NCBI GenBank assembly: GCA_035084275.1
Contig: CM068773.1
Coordinates: 2,170,001-2,234,000, forward strand
Source: Hydrolagus colliei
Taxonomy: Eukaryota
Direction: 5' to 3'
DNA length: 64,000 nt
The translations under genes were made by a program, and so were the position numbers. The number at the start of each line of letters is the position of its first letter. Position 1 is the stretch's first letter. The notes beneath the pieces are model-generated. The model did not search any database. It had not been told where the DNA came from and saw only the letters and a list, made by a program, of their open reading frames with translations. Positions 12,276 through 24,174 of this stretch are shown here, in pieces.

Positions 12276-14628
12276 TCATACACATACACACACACCCACA
12301 CACAGATGCATGCACACACTGACAGAAACACACACACACCCATTCACTACACTTTACAGTGTGTCCCTGTGAAGCGCTTTAAGACGTTTCACTTTCTCTC
12401 TCATTCTCTCTCTCCCACAAAACGCACAGTCACTACACTTTATAGTATATCCCTGTAAAGTGCTTCTACGTCTCGCTAACGAGATAATATGCTGGGTCAA
12501 ATCTTATCTTTAATTGTGATAATTAATTTACATTAAGGAGAGAGCTCCACTTGCATTCTTTCTCAGTCTTTCTCAGTCTCAAAGTCTCTCTCGTTGGCTC
12601 CCTGAGTTGTCAATCTCTGTCCCTTTATCAGTTCATCGCAAAATCCACCTCTCAGTCTCTCCCTCAATCTCTCTCCCTCACTCTCTCCCTCACTCTCTCA
12701 ATCTCACTCCCTCTCTCTCTGCCCACTCACCATCTCAGTCTCTCCCTCTTCTCAGTCTCTCCATCACTCTCTCACTCTTCCGTTCTCTCAGTCTACCTCG
12801 TTCTGTCTCTCTCTTAGTCCGTCTTAAAGTCTATCTCCCTCTCTCCCTCCCTCCCTCCCTTCCTCACTCACTCACCCTCTATCTCTCTCTCCCTCTCAAA
12901 GTCTCTCTGTCACGCACTCTCCCTCCGTTCTCTCAGTCTCTCCCTGTCTCTCTCCCTCTCTCAGTCTATCTCAAATCTCTCTCCCTCCCCCTTTCTTTCT
13001 CTCTCCTTCTCTAACATCACTTCCTCCAGATCTAACTTTGGTCAAAACAAGATTTGAAACCTGATTATCGCTTCCTTGAGAGAGCAATCAGGTCAAATCC
13101 TCTAAACTCAACTTTGAGATCGCGCATTATCACATATTCTACATAGTGTCACAAAGCGCTTCACAGAATAGACTGGAAAGTCAACTGACTGTATGTTTGT
13201 GGGCGAAACAAGGCAGCCATTTACCACATCAGCGTCCCCACAAACAGTCGATTTGTTTTTTGAGCGATTATTATTAGGCGCATAGGTGTGTGTATGTCTC
13301 CGTTTGTGTCTGTGTGTGTCTGTGTGTGAATCACAAGTTCTCACGCTTGTAAGGCAAGGGCTCTAACCACTGAGCTACAGAGTGAGACCTGTGTTCGAAT
13401 CCAGGCCAGACAGTGCGAAACATTGAGTGAGGGAGGGATGGAGACAAAGGGCGAGAGGGGGAGGGAGGGAGGGAGAGGCTTTGAACTGTATCCTCTAAGT
13501 GCTCTGAGACGCCGTCCGGCGTGGAGGGCACTATATACATCAAAGTTGTTGTTGTTGTTGTTGTTGTAAGTGATGGGGAGCCAGGTGAGGATGGGGTGAT
13601 AGAAGAGAGATGGGAATAGAGTTGGGGTTAGTTAGGGAGAGTCAGCCAATGAGGGATAGAGTTAGGGAAGCTAACTCAATGGAGATAGAGTTAGGGAGCG
13701 TCACTCAATAAGGGTAGAGTTAGGGAGCGTGAATCAATGGGGCACACAGTTAGGGAGATTCACTCAATGGAAAGAGTTAGGGCACGTCACAAAATCAATC
13801 AATCAAAAAACGAAATGGGCGAGTGTTAGGGAGAGTCATTCAATGAGGATAGTGTTTCAGCAGCTTTGGGGGTGAGGTAGTGGTGGAGTTGGGAAATGTT
13901 GCGAAGGTGGGGAAAGGCGTGAGACCTGTGTTCGAAACCAGTCAGGTCAGGGGGAAACCATGGGCAAGTTTCCTTACTCCACACGCGCACACACACACAC
14001 GCCTAATAGTAATCCCTCCCAAAAAGAAAAACACAATTATAAAAATTGGTGATTTTCAACCCACGACTGTTTGTGGGGACGCTGCTGTGTGCAATTGGCT
14101 GCCACATTTCGCCCACAAACATAGTCATTTGACTTTCCAATACATTCCGTGAAGCGTTTTGAGATGTCGGTAACATGTGAAAAGCACTACATCAAAATCC
14201 AAGAATTATTACTATTATTATAATTACAGCAACAAATACGGGTACTGTTGTTTAGAGAAGGTTCTTTAGCTGAGACCTGATACTGGGAAGAGAGGGGGAG
14301 AGGAGAAGGGACTGTGTATGAGTGTGTGGGATTTGCCCAAAGAACAAAACTTTCACAATAGATTTTCCAACGAGATAAGTTGCAAATGACATTCTACTTG
14401 TTTCCCGCATTCCAAACAACATTTTGGACTTTGAATCATTAACCATTTATTGTGATGTTAGAGATCTTTATTACTGAGGATTTTAGAACATCCGATCACA
14501 CAGAGAAACTAACACACTTTCCCCTCTTCTCTACTGATAATTTATTATTAATTATTATTCGTTATTACACGATACCACTGCCCTCTGTCCCTCATACACT
14601 CTCTCCCCCTCTCCTCTCCCCACCCGCC

Positions 14629-16263
14629 CTACTCCACCTTCGCTTTCCTTGCCTTCCTCGCTCGCCAGCGACGCAGGACTAGGCCGCAGCCTGCTAGGAG
14701 CAGGCAGGCCGGAGCCAGGGCAGCGGTTAGGAGGAAACAGGCCACGTCGATGCTGTGGTAGGCGGCCCAGCCCAGATCAGTGGCAGCGGCCGCGGGCCTC
14801 AGGTGAGGCGCCCCCTTGTGCCGGATCACGTATTCCACCCAGAAGACGGCCCGGTCCAGGGCGGGCTGGGGCTGGTCACGGTGCAGGCCCGACAGGCGCC
14901 TCATGTTGTCGGCGTAGCCCTGGTCGCCTAGCAACCGGTCCAGCGAGCGCCCGAACTCGCCGGGCCCCATCCCGGCCACGTCCAGGACCAGGGCCCCGCC
15001 CCGGGCCTCCAGCCGCAGGAGGTTGTCGAACTGGTCGAATATGAGGGGTACGCCGAGGACGGGGTCCCCGTGATAAATGGCCTCGTACACGCCATTGGTG
15101 CCCCCGTGAGACACGAAGGCCCTGGTCTTGGGGTGGCCAAGCAGGTCGTTCTGTGGTAGCCACGGCAACAGGAGGGTGTTGGGGCCTAGCCGGGCAGGCC
15201 GAGGTCCGGTGTGCCTCCACACCACCCGCTGGGGGAGGCGGGCGAAGGCTCCCGCCATCTCCTCGGTCACCCTGGAGGGCAGGGACCCCAGCAGGGTCCC
15301 CAGCGACATCACCACCACCCCGTGGGAGCCGGAACCGGCCACAAATCTCTCCAGGTCTTTGGACAAGACCCCGGCCGGTTTGCACTGGAAGCCGCCCACG
15401 TACACCATGTTGGGCATCGAGGGCTGGGGGAACTCGAACACAAAGTCCACCCTCATCAGCCACAGGTCGGCCGAGCACAAGACAGAGTCCAAGTCACATC
15501 TGGGGCCTAGGTAACGCTGACACAGACTGTTCAGCTTGGACGTGTAGCTGTAGTAGATGACAAGGTACCCGAGGTGGTAGAGCATGTTCTGGAGGCGTTG
15601 GAGAAAGGTCATGCAGTCTGTGAAGCCCGAGCCTGTGCTGGGAATGTAGGAGAGAGGCGAGGGGGCCATATCCATTTGGCCATCCCCGTTGTACGTCCAC
15701 CGGACATTGTACACCACCGGGAGCTTGCGGTGAGATGCCAACAACACCCCCAGGGGCAGGCCTGGGTCGGTCAGCATCAGATCGAAGCTGGACTGCTCCA
15801 GCAGGCCCAAAAGAGTCTGGTTCTCGAAAACCAGAGTGACCAGGTCTAGTGCGTGGGCCTTTATGGATTTTACGACGTACGAGATGGCCTGGTACATCTC
15901 CAAATAAGCAGACAGGGAGCGACCTCGCTCACGGATTCCCAGAGGCTTCTTCAGGTGCTCGTCCATGAAGTCCTGGCTGTCACAGGTCTGGCTGAGGTTG
16001 CTGGAGTCCACAGTCAGCGAGCGGTACAGAGGGGAGTCCTCCAAGATGTACCAGGAGCTCGAGGGCCTCAGGACAGTGAAACGGTGGCCCCTGAGGCTCA
16101 GGGCCTCCAACAGAATCTTCATGTTGACCCAGTGGCTCCCGTCCACAGGCACCACCAAGATGTGAGCAGCCTGTGATCCAGGAGGGGGCGCCAGAGAGCC
16201 CAGCAACAACAACAACAACACTCTCCCACAAGCCCTGGGAAACTCGAACTCCATCACAGCCAT
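14629..16263 (-). CDS. ugt5: UGT5-type UDP-glucuronosyltransferase, copy 3 (544 aa)
   Basis: Same motifs as copy 2; ends KAKVE; N-terminal half almost identical to copy 2. Confidence 0.92.
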   Translation of the reverse strand: MAVMEFEFPRACGRVLLLLLLGSLAPPPGSQAAHILVVPVDGSHWVNMKILLEALSLRGHRFTVLRPSSSWYILEDSPLYRSLTVDSSNLSQTCDSQDFMDEHLKKPLGIRERGRSLSAYLEMYQAISYVVKSIKAHALDLVTLVFENQTLLGLLEQSSFDLMLTDPGLPLGVLLASHRKLPVVYNVRWTYNGDGQMDMAPSPLSYIPSTGSGFTDCMTFLQRLQNMLYHLGYLVIYYSYTSKLNSLCQRYLGPRCDLDSVLCSADLWLMRVDFVFEFPQPSMPNMVYVGGFQCKPAGVLSKDLERFVAGSGSHGVVVMSLGTLLGSLPSRVTEEMAGAFARLPQRVVWRHTGPRPARLGPNTLLLPWLPQNDLLGHPKTRAFVSHGGTNGVYEAIYHGDPVLGVPLIFDQFDNLLRLEARGGALVLDVAGMGPGEFGRSLDRLLGDQGYADNMRRLSGLHRDQPQPALDRAVFWVEYVIRHKGAPHLRPAAAATDLGWAAYHSIDVACFLLTAALAPACLLLAGCGLVLRRWRARKARKAKVE

Positions 16264-18855
16264 CGCTAGTCACTGGGTTGTGGTGGGGGAGGGGGGGGGT
16301 GGGGAGGTGGATGAGGGAGAGGAGGCAGAGAAATGAGTTTGCAGTCAGTTGGGTCTCGTTGTTATTGTGTCCACAGTACGAGGTCAAATGAAACAGTCAC
16401 TACACTACCCTGTAACCCAGTGGTTAGAACACTGGCCTCACCAGTGAGCCACAGTCCTGTAGCTCAGTGGTTAGAGCCCTGGTCGTGCAAGTGAGAGGAC
16501 CTGGGTTCAATTCCTAGGCAGAACAGGGCGAAACGTTAGGCAAGTCACTCATACACATACACACACACCCACACACAGATGCATGCACACACTGACAGAA
16601 ACACACACACACCCATTCACTACACTTTACAGTGTGTCCCTGTGAAGCGCTTTAAGACGTTTCACTTTCTCTCTCATTCTCTCTCTCCCACAAAACGCAC
16701 AGTCACTACACTTTATAGTATATCCCTGTAAAGTGCTTCTACGTCTCGCTAACGAGATAATATGCTGGGTCAAATCTTATCTTTAATTGTGATAATTAAT
16801 TTACATTAAGGAGAGAGCTCCACTTGCATTCTTTCTCAGTCTTTCTCAGTCTCAAAGTCTCTCTCGTTGGCTCCCTGAGTTGTCAATCTCTGTCCCTTTA
16901 TCAGTTCATCGCAAAATCCACCTCTCAGTCTCTCCCTCAATCTCTCTCCCTCACTCTCTCCCTCACTCTCTCAATCTCACTCCCTCTCTCTCTGCCCACT
17001 CACCATCTCAGTCTCTCCCTCTTCTCAGTCTCTCCATCACTCTCTCACTCTTCCGTTCTCTCAGTCTACCTCGTTCTGTCTCTCTCTTAGTCCGTCTTAA
17101 AGTCTATCTCCCTCTCTCCCTCCCTCCCTCCCTTCCTCACTCACTCACCCTCTATCTCTCTCTCCCTCTCAAAGTCTCTCTGTCACGCACTCTCCCTCCG
17201 TTCTCTCAGTCTCTCCCTGTCTCTCTCCCTCTCTCAGTCTATCTCAAATCTCTCTCCCTCCCCCTTTCTTTCTCTCTCCTTCTCTAACATCACTTCCTCC
17301 AGATCTAACTTTGGTCAAAACAAGATTTGAAACCTGATTATCGCTTCCTTGAGAGAGCAATCAGGTCAAAGCCTCTAAACTCAACTTTGAGATCGCGCAT
17401 TATCACATATTCTACATAGTGTCACAAAGCGCTTCACAGAATAGACTGGAAAGTCAACTGACTGTATGTTTGTGGGCGAAACAAGGCAGCCATTTACCAC
17501 ATCAGCGTCCCCACAAACAGTCGATTTGTTTTTTGAGCGATTATTATTAGGCGCATAGGTGTGTGTATGTCTCCGTTTGTGTCTGTGTGTGTCTGTGTGT
17601 GAATCACAAGTTCTCACGCTTGTAAGGCAAGGGCTCTAACCACTGAGCTACAGAGTGAGACCTGTGTTCGAATCCAGGCCAGACAGTGCGAAACATTGAG
17701 TGAGGGAGGGATGGAGACAAAGGGCGAGAGGGGGAGGGAGGGAGGGAGAGGCTTTGAACTGTATCCTCTAAGCGCTCTGAGACGCCGTCCGGTGTGGAGG
17801 GCACTATATACATCAAAATTGTTGTTGTTGTTGTTGTAAGTGATGGGGAGCCAGGTGAGGATGGGGTGATAGAAGAGAGATGGGAATAGAGTTGGGGATA
17901 GTTAGGGAGAGTCAGCCAATGGGTGATAGAGTTAGGGAAGCTCACTCTATGAAGATAGAGTTAGGGAGCGTCACTCAATAAAGATAGAGTTAGGGAGCGT
18001 GAATCAATGGGGAATACAGTTAGGGAGATTCACTCAATGGGAAGAGGTAGGGAACTCAATGTGAGAGTTAGCGCACGTCACAATATCAATCAATCAAAAA
18101 ACGAAATGGGGGAGAGTTAGGGAGAGTCTTTAAATGAGGATAGTGTTTCAGCAGCTTTGGGGGTGAGGTAGTGGCAGAGTTGGGAAATGTTGAGGAGGTG
18201 GGGAAAGGCGTGAGACCTGCGTTCGAATCCAGGCAGGTCAGGGGGAAACCATGGGCAAGTTTCCTTCCTCCACACGCACACACACACGCACACACACACA
18301 CACCTAATAGTAATTCCTCCCAAAAAGAAAAACACAACAATAAAAATTGGTCATTTCAACCCACGACTGTTTGTGGGGACACTGCTGTGTGCAATTGGCT
18401 GCCACGTTTCACCCACAAACATACTGTCATTTGACTTTCCAATATATTCCGTGAAGCGTTTTGAGATGTCAGTAACATGAGAAAATCACTACATCAAATG
18501 CAAGAATTATTAATATTATTATTATTACAGGAACAAATACAGGTACTGTTGTTCAGAGAAGGTTCTTTAGCTGAGACCTGAAACTGGGAAGAGAGGGGGA
18601 GAGCAGAAGGGACTGTGTATGAGTGTGTAGGATTTGCCCAAAGAACAAAACTTTCACAATAGATTTTCCAACGAGATAAGTTGCAAATGACATTCTACTT
18701 GTTTCCCACATTCCAAACAACATTTTGGACTTTGAATCATTAACCATTTATTGTGATGTTAGAGATCTTTATTACTGAGGATTTTAGAACATCCGATCAC
18801 ACAGAGAAACTAACTCACTTTCCTCTCTTCTCTACCCATAATTTATTATTAATTA

Positions 18856-20559
18856 TTACTCGTTATTACATGATACCACAACCCTCTGTCCCTCATACAC
18901 TCTCTCCCCCTCTCCTCTCCCCACCTGCCCTACTCCCCTTTCGCTTTCCTTGCCTTCCTCGCTCGCCAGCGACGCAGGACTAGGCCGCAGCCTGCTAGGA
19001 GCAGGCAGGCCGGAGCCAGGGCAGCGGTTAGGAGGAAACAGGCCACGTCGAGGCTGTGGTAGGCGGCCCAGATCAGTGGCGGCGGCCGCGGGCCTCAGGT
19101 GAGGCGCCCCCTTGTGCCGTATCACGTATTCCACCCAGAAGACGGCCCGGTCCAGGGCGGGCTGGGGCTGGTCACGGTGCAGGCCCGACAGGCGCCTCAT
19201 GTTGTCGGCGTAGGCCTGGTCGCCTAGCAACCGGTCCAGCGAGCGCCCGAACTCGCCGGGCCCCATCCCGGCCACGTCCAGGACCAGGGCCCCGCCCCAG
19301 GCCTCCAGCCGCAGGAGGTTGTCGAACTGGTCGAACAGGAGGGGGACGCCGAGGACGGGGACCCCGTGATAAATGGCCTCGTACACGCCATTGGTGCCCC
19401 CGTGAGACACGAAGGCCCTGGTCTTGGGGTGGCCGAGCAGGTCATTCTGTGGTAGCCACGGCAACAGGAGGGTGTTGGGGCCTAGCCGGGCAGGCCGAGG
19501 CCCGGTATGTCTCCACACCACCCGCTGGGGGAGGCGGGCGAAGGCTCCCGCCATCTCCTCGGTCACCCTGGAGGGCAGGGATCCCAGCAGGGTCCCCAGC
19601 GACATCACCACCACCCCGTGGGAGCCAGAACCGGCCACAAATTCCTCCAGGTCCTTGGGCAAGGCCCCGGCCGGTTTGCATTGGAAGCCGCCCACGTGCA
19701 CCATGTTGGGCATCGAGGGCCGGGGGAACTCGAACACAAAGTCCACCCTCATCAGCCACAGGTCGGCCGAGCACAAGAGCGACTCCACGTCACATCTGGG
19801 GCCTAGGTAACGCTGGCACAGACTGTTCAGCTTGGACGAGTAGCTGTAGTAGTTGACAAGGTACCCGAGGTGGTAGAGCATGTTCTGGAGGCGTTGGAGA
19901 AAGGACATGCGGTCAGTGAGGCCCGAGCCTGTGCTGGGAATGTAGGAGAGAGGCGAGGGGGCCATATCCATGTGGCCATCCCCGTTGTACGTCCACCGGA
20001 CATTGTACACAAGCGGGAGCTTGAGGTGAGATGCCAACAACACCCCCAGGGGCAGGCCTGGGTCGGTCAGCATCAGATCGAAGCTGGACTGCTCCAGCAG
20101 GCCCAAAAGAGTCTGGTTCTCGAAAACCAGAGTGACCAGGTCTAGTGCGTGGGACTTTATGGATTTTACGATGTCCGAGATGGCCTGGTACGTCTCTAAA
20201 TCGGCCGACAGGGAGCGACCTCGCTCACGGATTGCCAGAGTCTTCTTGAGGTGCTTGTCCATGAAGTCCTGGCTGTCACAGGTCTGGCTGAGGTTGCTGG
20301 AGTCCACGGTCAGCGAGCGGTACAGAGGGGAGTCCTCCAAGATGTACCAGGAGCTCGAGGGCCTCAGGACAGTGAAACGGTGGCCCTTGAGGCTCAGGGC
20401 CTCCAACAGAATCTTCATGTTGACCCAGTGGCTCCCGTCCACAGGCACCACCAAGATGTGAGCGGCCTGCGATCCAGGAGGGGGCGCCAGAGAGCCCAGC
20501 AACAACAACAACAACACTCTCCCACAAGCCCTGGGAAACTCGAACTCCATCACAGCCAT
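18856..20559 (-). CDS. UGT5-type copy 4 (567 aa), frameshifted just before the TM helix
   Basis: GCCCAGCCCA collapsed to GCCCA at ~19065 (5-bp deletion). Catalytic and UDP-sugar domains intact; TM helix and KxKxx replaced by a novel hydrophilic 69-aa tail. Confidence 0.85.
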   Translation of the reverse strand: MAVMEFEFPRACGRVLLLLLLGSLAPPPGSQAAHILVVPVDGSHWVNMKILLEALSLKGHRFTVLRPSSSWYILEDSPLYRSLTVDSSNLSQTCDSQDFMDKHLKKTLAIRERGRSLSADLETYQAISDIVKSIKSHALDLVTLVFENQTLLGLLEQSSFDLMLTDPGLPLGVLLASHLKLPLVYNVRWTYNGDGHMDMAPSPLSYIPSTGSGLTDRMSFLQRLQNMLYHLGYLVNYYSYSSKLNSLCQRYLGPRCDVESLLCSADLWLMRVDFVFEFPRPSMPNMVHVGGFQCKPAGALPKDLEEFVAGSGSHGVVVMSLGTLLGSLPSRVTEEMAGAFARLPQRVVWRHTGPRPARLGPNTLLLPWLPQNDLLGHPKTRAFVSHGGTNGVYEAIYHGVPVLGVPLLFDQFDNLLRLEAWGGALVLDVAGMGPGEFGRSLDRLLGDQAYADNMRRLSGLHRDQPQPALDRAVFWVEYVIRHKGAPHLRPAAAATDLGRLPQPRRGLFPPNRCPGSGLPAPSRLRPSPASLASEEGKESERGVGQVGRGEGERVYEGQRVVVSCNNE

Positions 20560-21477
20560 CGCTAGTCACTGTGTTGTGGTGCGGGAGGGGGTAGGGGTGG
20601 AGAGGAGGCAGAGAAAGGAGTTTGCAGTCAGTTGGGTCTCATTATTATTGTGTCCACAGTACGAGGACAAAATAAACAGTCACTACACTACCCTGTAGCT
20701 CAGTGGTTAGACCCCTGGCCTCACCAGTTAGCCACCAGAGGCCAGGGCTCTAACCACAGAGACCACTGTAGCTCATTGGTTAGAGCCCTGGTTGTGCATT
20801 TGAGACAACCTGGGTTCAATTCCTGGGCAGGACAGGGCGAAGAGAGTCACACATACACAGACACATGCACTCACACACAGACACGCGCACACAGACACAG
20901 ATACACGCTGACAAACACACAGTCACTACACTTTACAGTGTGTCTCAGTGAAGCACTTTGAGACAACTCTCAGTCTCTCTCACTTATTCTCTCTCTCTCT
21001 GTCTCTCTCTCACTCTCTCTCTCACAAAATACACTTGCTGGGTCAAATCTTTGCTGTAATTGTGATAATTAACTTACCTTAAGGAGACAGCTCTCTCTCT
21101 CTCTATCTCTCTCTTTCTCAGTCACTCTCTCTTTCGTTTAATCACTCTCTCTCCCTCTTGTCGCCCCACATCCCTGTCATGGTCTTTGTCTCCCAATCTC
21201 AGTCACTCTCTCTCTATCACTTGCACTCTTTCTCAGTATCGTTCAGGCTCAAAGTCTCTCTCGCGTTCTCTGATTTCTCAGTCTCTCTCTCAGTCCTTCA
21301 GAAAGTCTACCACTCACGCTCTCCCTCAATCTCGCAGTCTCACTCACTCTCTTTCTCTCCCCCTCACTCTCTCAATCTCTCCCTTCTCTCAAAGTCTCTC
21401 CGTCCACCTCTCTCCCTCCATTCTCTCTGTCTCTCTCTCTGTCTCCGTCTCAAAGTCCATCTCTCTCCCTCCCGCTT

Positions 21478-21529
<52 letters not shown>

Positions 21530-22039
21530 CTTCTGTAATATCCCTTCCTCCAGATCTAACTTTGGTCAAAACAAGATTTGAAACCTGATTATCGTTTCCT
21601 TGACACAGAGCAATCAGGTCAAAGCCTCTAAACTCACCTTTGAGATCGTGCCTTATCACATATTCTAGATAGTGTCACAAAGTACTTCACAGAGTAGACT
21701 CAAAAGTCAACTGACTGTATGTTTGTGGGCGAAACACGGCAGCCATTGCGCACATCAGCGTCCCCACAAACAGTTGATTTTTTTGGGGGGAGGGATTATT
21801 ATTAAGTGCGTATGTGTGTATATGTCTCTGTTTGTGTCTGTGTGTGTGTGTGTGTGAAACACAAGTTCTCACGCTTGCAAGGCAGGGGCTCTAACCACTG
21901 AGCTACAGAGTGAGACCTGTGTTCGAATCCATGCCGGACAGTGCGAAACCTTGGGTGAGGGAGGGATGGAGAGAAATGGCAAGAAGGGAGGGAGGAGGAG
22001 TGATGGGGAGCTAGTTGAGGATGGGGTGATAGAAGAGAG

Positions 22040-23093
22040 TAGGGTCTGGCGATATATCGATATATCGCTAAAATCCGATATAATTTTCATATCAATACAC
22101 CGATTAGACATTTAAAAAATATCGATATATCGAAAAATCTATATATCGAGGTAAAAATTGGGATGCGCGCACACTGAACTACAAGACCCAGAATGCTCAT
22201 CTCTGTACACAATGCACAGACCGAGGTGCAAAGCCGCCATATTGTATTCACAGTCCTCGAATACAATATACAGGTCTGCAAGGGCTGGGGGGTGAGAGAG
22301 ACAGCTGGGGTGTGGGGTGTGAGGGGGAGAGAGACTGCTGTGGGGAGGGGGAGAGAGACGGCTGGGGGGAGAGATACGGCTGGGGGGAGGGGGAAAGTTA
22401 CGGCTGGGTGGAGGGAGAGAGAGACGGCGGGGGGGGGGGGGAGAGGGGGAGAGAGACGGTTGGGGGGGAGGAGAGGGGGAGAGAGACGGCTGGTGGGAGG
22501 GAGAGGGGGAGAGAGACGGCTGGGGGTGCGGGAGAGAGACGTCTGGGGGGGCGGGAGAGAGATGGCTGGGGGGAGGGGGATAGAGACGGCTGGGTTGGGG
22601 AGAGAGACGGCTGGGAGGTGGGGGAGAGGCGGAAAGAGACGGCTGGGGGGAGGGAGAGAGAGACAACTGGGGGGAGAAAGACGGCTGGGGTGGGTGAGAG
22701 AGATGGCTGGGGGGGGAGAGAGAGAGAGACGGCGGCGGGGGGGGGTGGTAGGGGAGAGAGACGACAGGGGTGGGGGGTTGCGAGAGAGGGACGGCGGGTG
22801 GGGGGGGGAGAGACGGGGTGGATGTGATAATATACAGATAGATAGAGATGGGGGGGATGTGAGAGAGGAGAGAGACACAGAGACGCACAGACAGCAAAAC
22901 ACAGAGATGGAGAGATGAGAGACAGAGAGAGAAAGATATTTACCTCCTGAGAAGATAGGCCCCGAATGTGTGCGCACCCGGAATGCCCGCGCATGCGCAG
23001 TACGAAAAACCTGAAAATATCGATATTTCGGTATATCTCGATATGAGCCCATCAATATATTTGATTGGAAAATTTCCATATCGACGGACCCTA
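22040..23093 (+). mobile_element. Complete non-autonomous hAT transposon (1054 bp)
   Basis: TIRs TAGGGTCTGGCGATAT / ATATCGACGGACCCTA (14 of 16 match). 8-bp TSD GAAGAGAG at 22032-22039 and 23094-23101. The empty site (GATAGAAGAGAGATGGG) is visible in sister units, e.g. ~13598. Confidence 0.93.
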
Positions 23094-24174
23094 GAAGAGA
23101 GATGGGAATAGAGTTGGGATTAGTTAGGGAGAGTCAGTCAATGGGCGATAGAGTTGGAGAAGCTCACTCAATGGGGGTAGAGTTAGGGAGCGTCACTCAA
23201 TGCGGATGGAGCTAGGGAGCGTGAATCAATGGGGAACACAGTTCGGGAGATTCACTCAATGGAAAGAGGTAGGGAACTCAATGTGAGAGTTGGGGCACGT
23301 CACAAAATCAATCAATCAAAAAACGAAATGGGGGAGAGTTAGGGAGAGTCTTTAAATAAGGATAGTGTTTCAGCAGCTTTGGGGGTGAGGTAGCGGCGGA
23401 GTTGGGAAATGTTGCGGAGGCGGGGAAAGGCGTGAGACCTGCGTTCGAATCCAGGGAGGTCAGGGGGAAACCATGGGCAAGTTTCCTTACTCCACACGCA
23501 CACACACGCACACACACACACACGCACACACGCACACACACACGCGCCTAATAGTAATCGCTCCCAAAATGAAAAACACACTAATAAAAGTTGGTAATTT
23601 TCAACCCACGACTGTTTGTGGGGATGCTGCTGTGTGCAATTGGCTGCCACGTTTCGCCCACAAACATACTGTCGTTTGACTTTCCAATATATTCCGTGAA
23701 GCGTTTTGAGATGTCGGTAACATGTGAAAAGCACTACATCAAATGCAAGGATAATTAATATTATTATTATTACAGGAACAAATACAGGTACTGTTGTTTA
23801 GAGAAGGTTCTTTAGCTGAGACCTGAAACTGGGAAGAGAGGGGGAGAGGAGAAGCGACTGTGTATGAGTGTGTAGGATTTACCCAAAGAACAAAACTTTC
23901 ACAATAGATTTTCCAACGAGATAAGTTGCAAATGACATTCTACGTGTTTCCCACATTCGAAACAACATTTTGGACATCGAATCATGAACCATTTATTGTG
24001 ATGTTAGAGATCTTTATTACTGAGGATTTTAGAACATCCGATCACACAGAGAAACTAACTCACTTTCCCCTCTTCGCTACCCATAATTTGTTGTTAATTA
24101 TTATTCGTTATTACACGATATCACAGCCCTCTGTCCCTCATACACTCTCTCCCCCTCTCCTCTCCCCATCTGCC

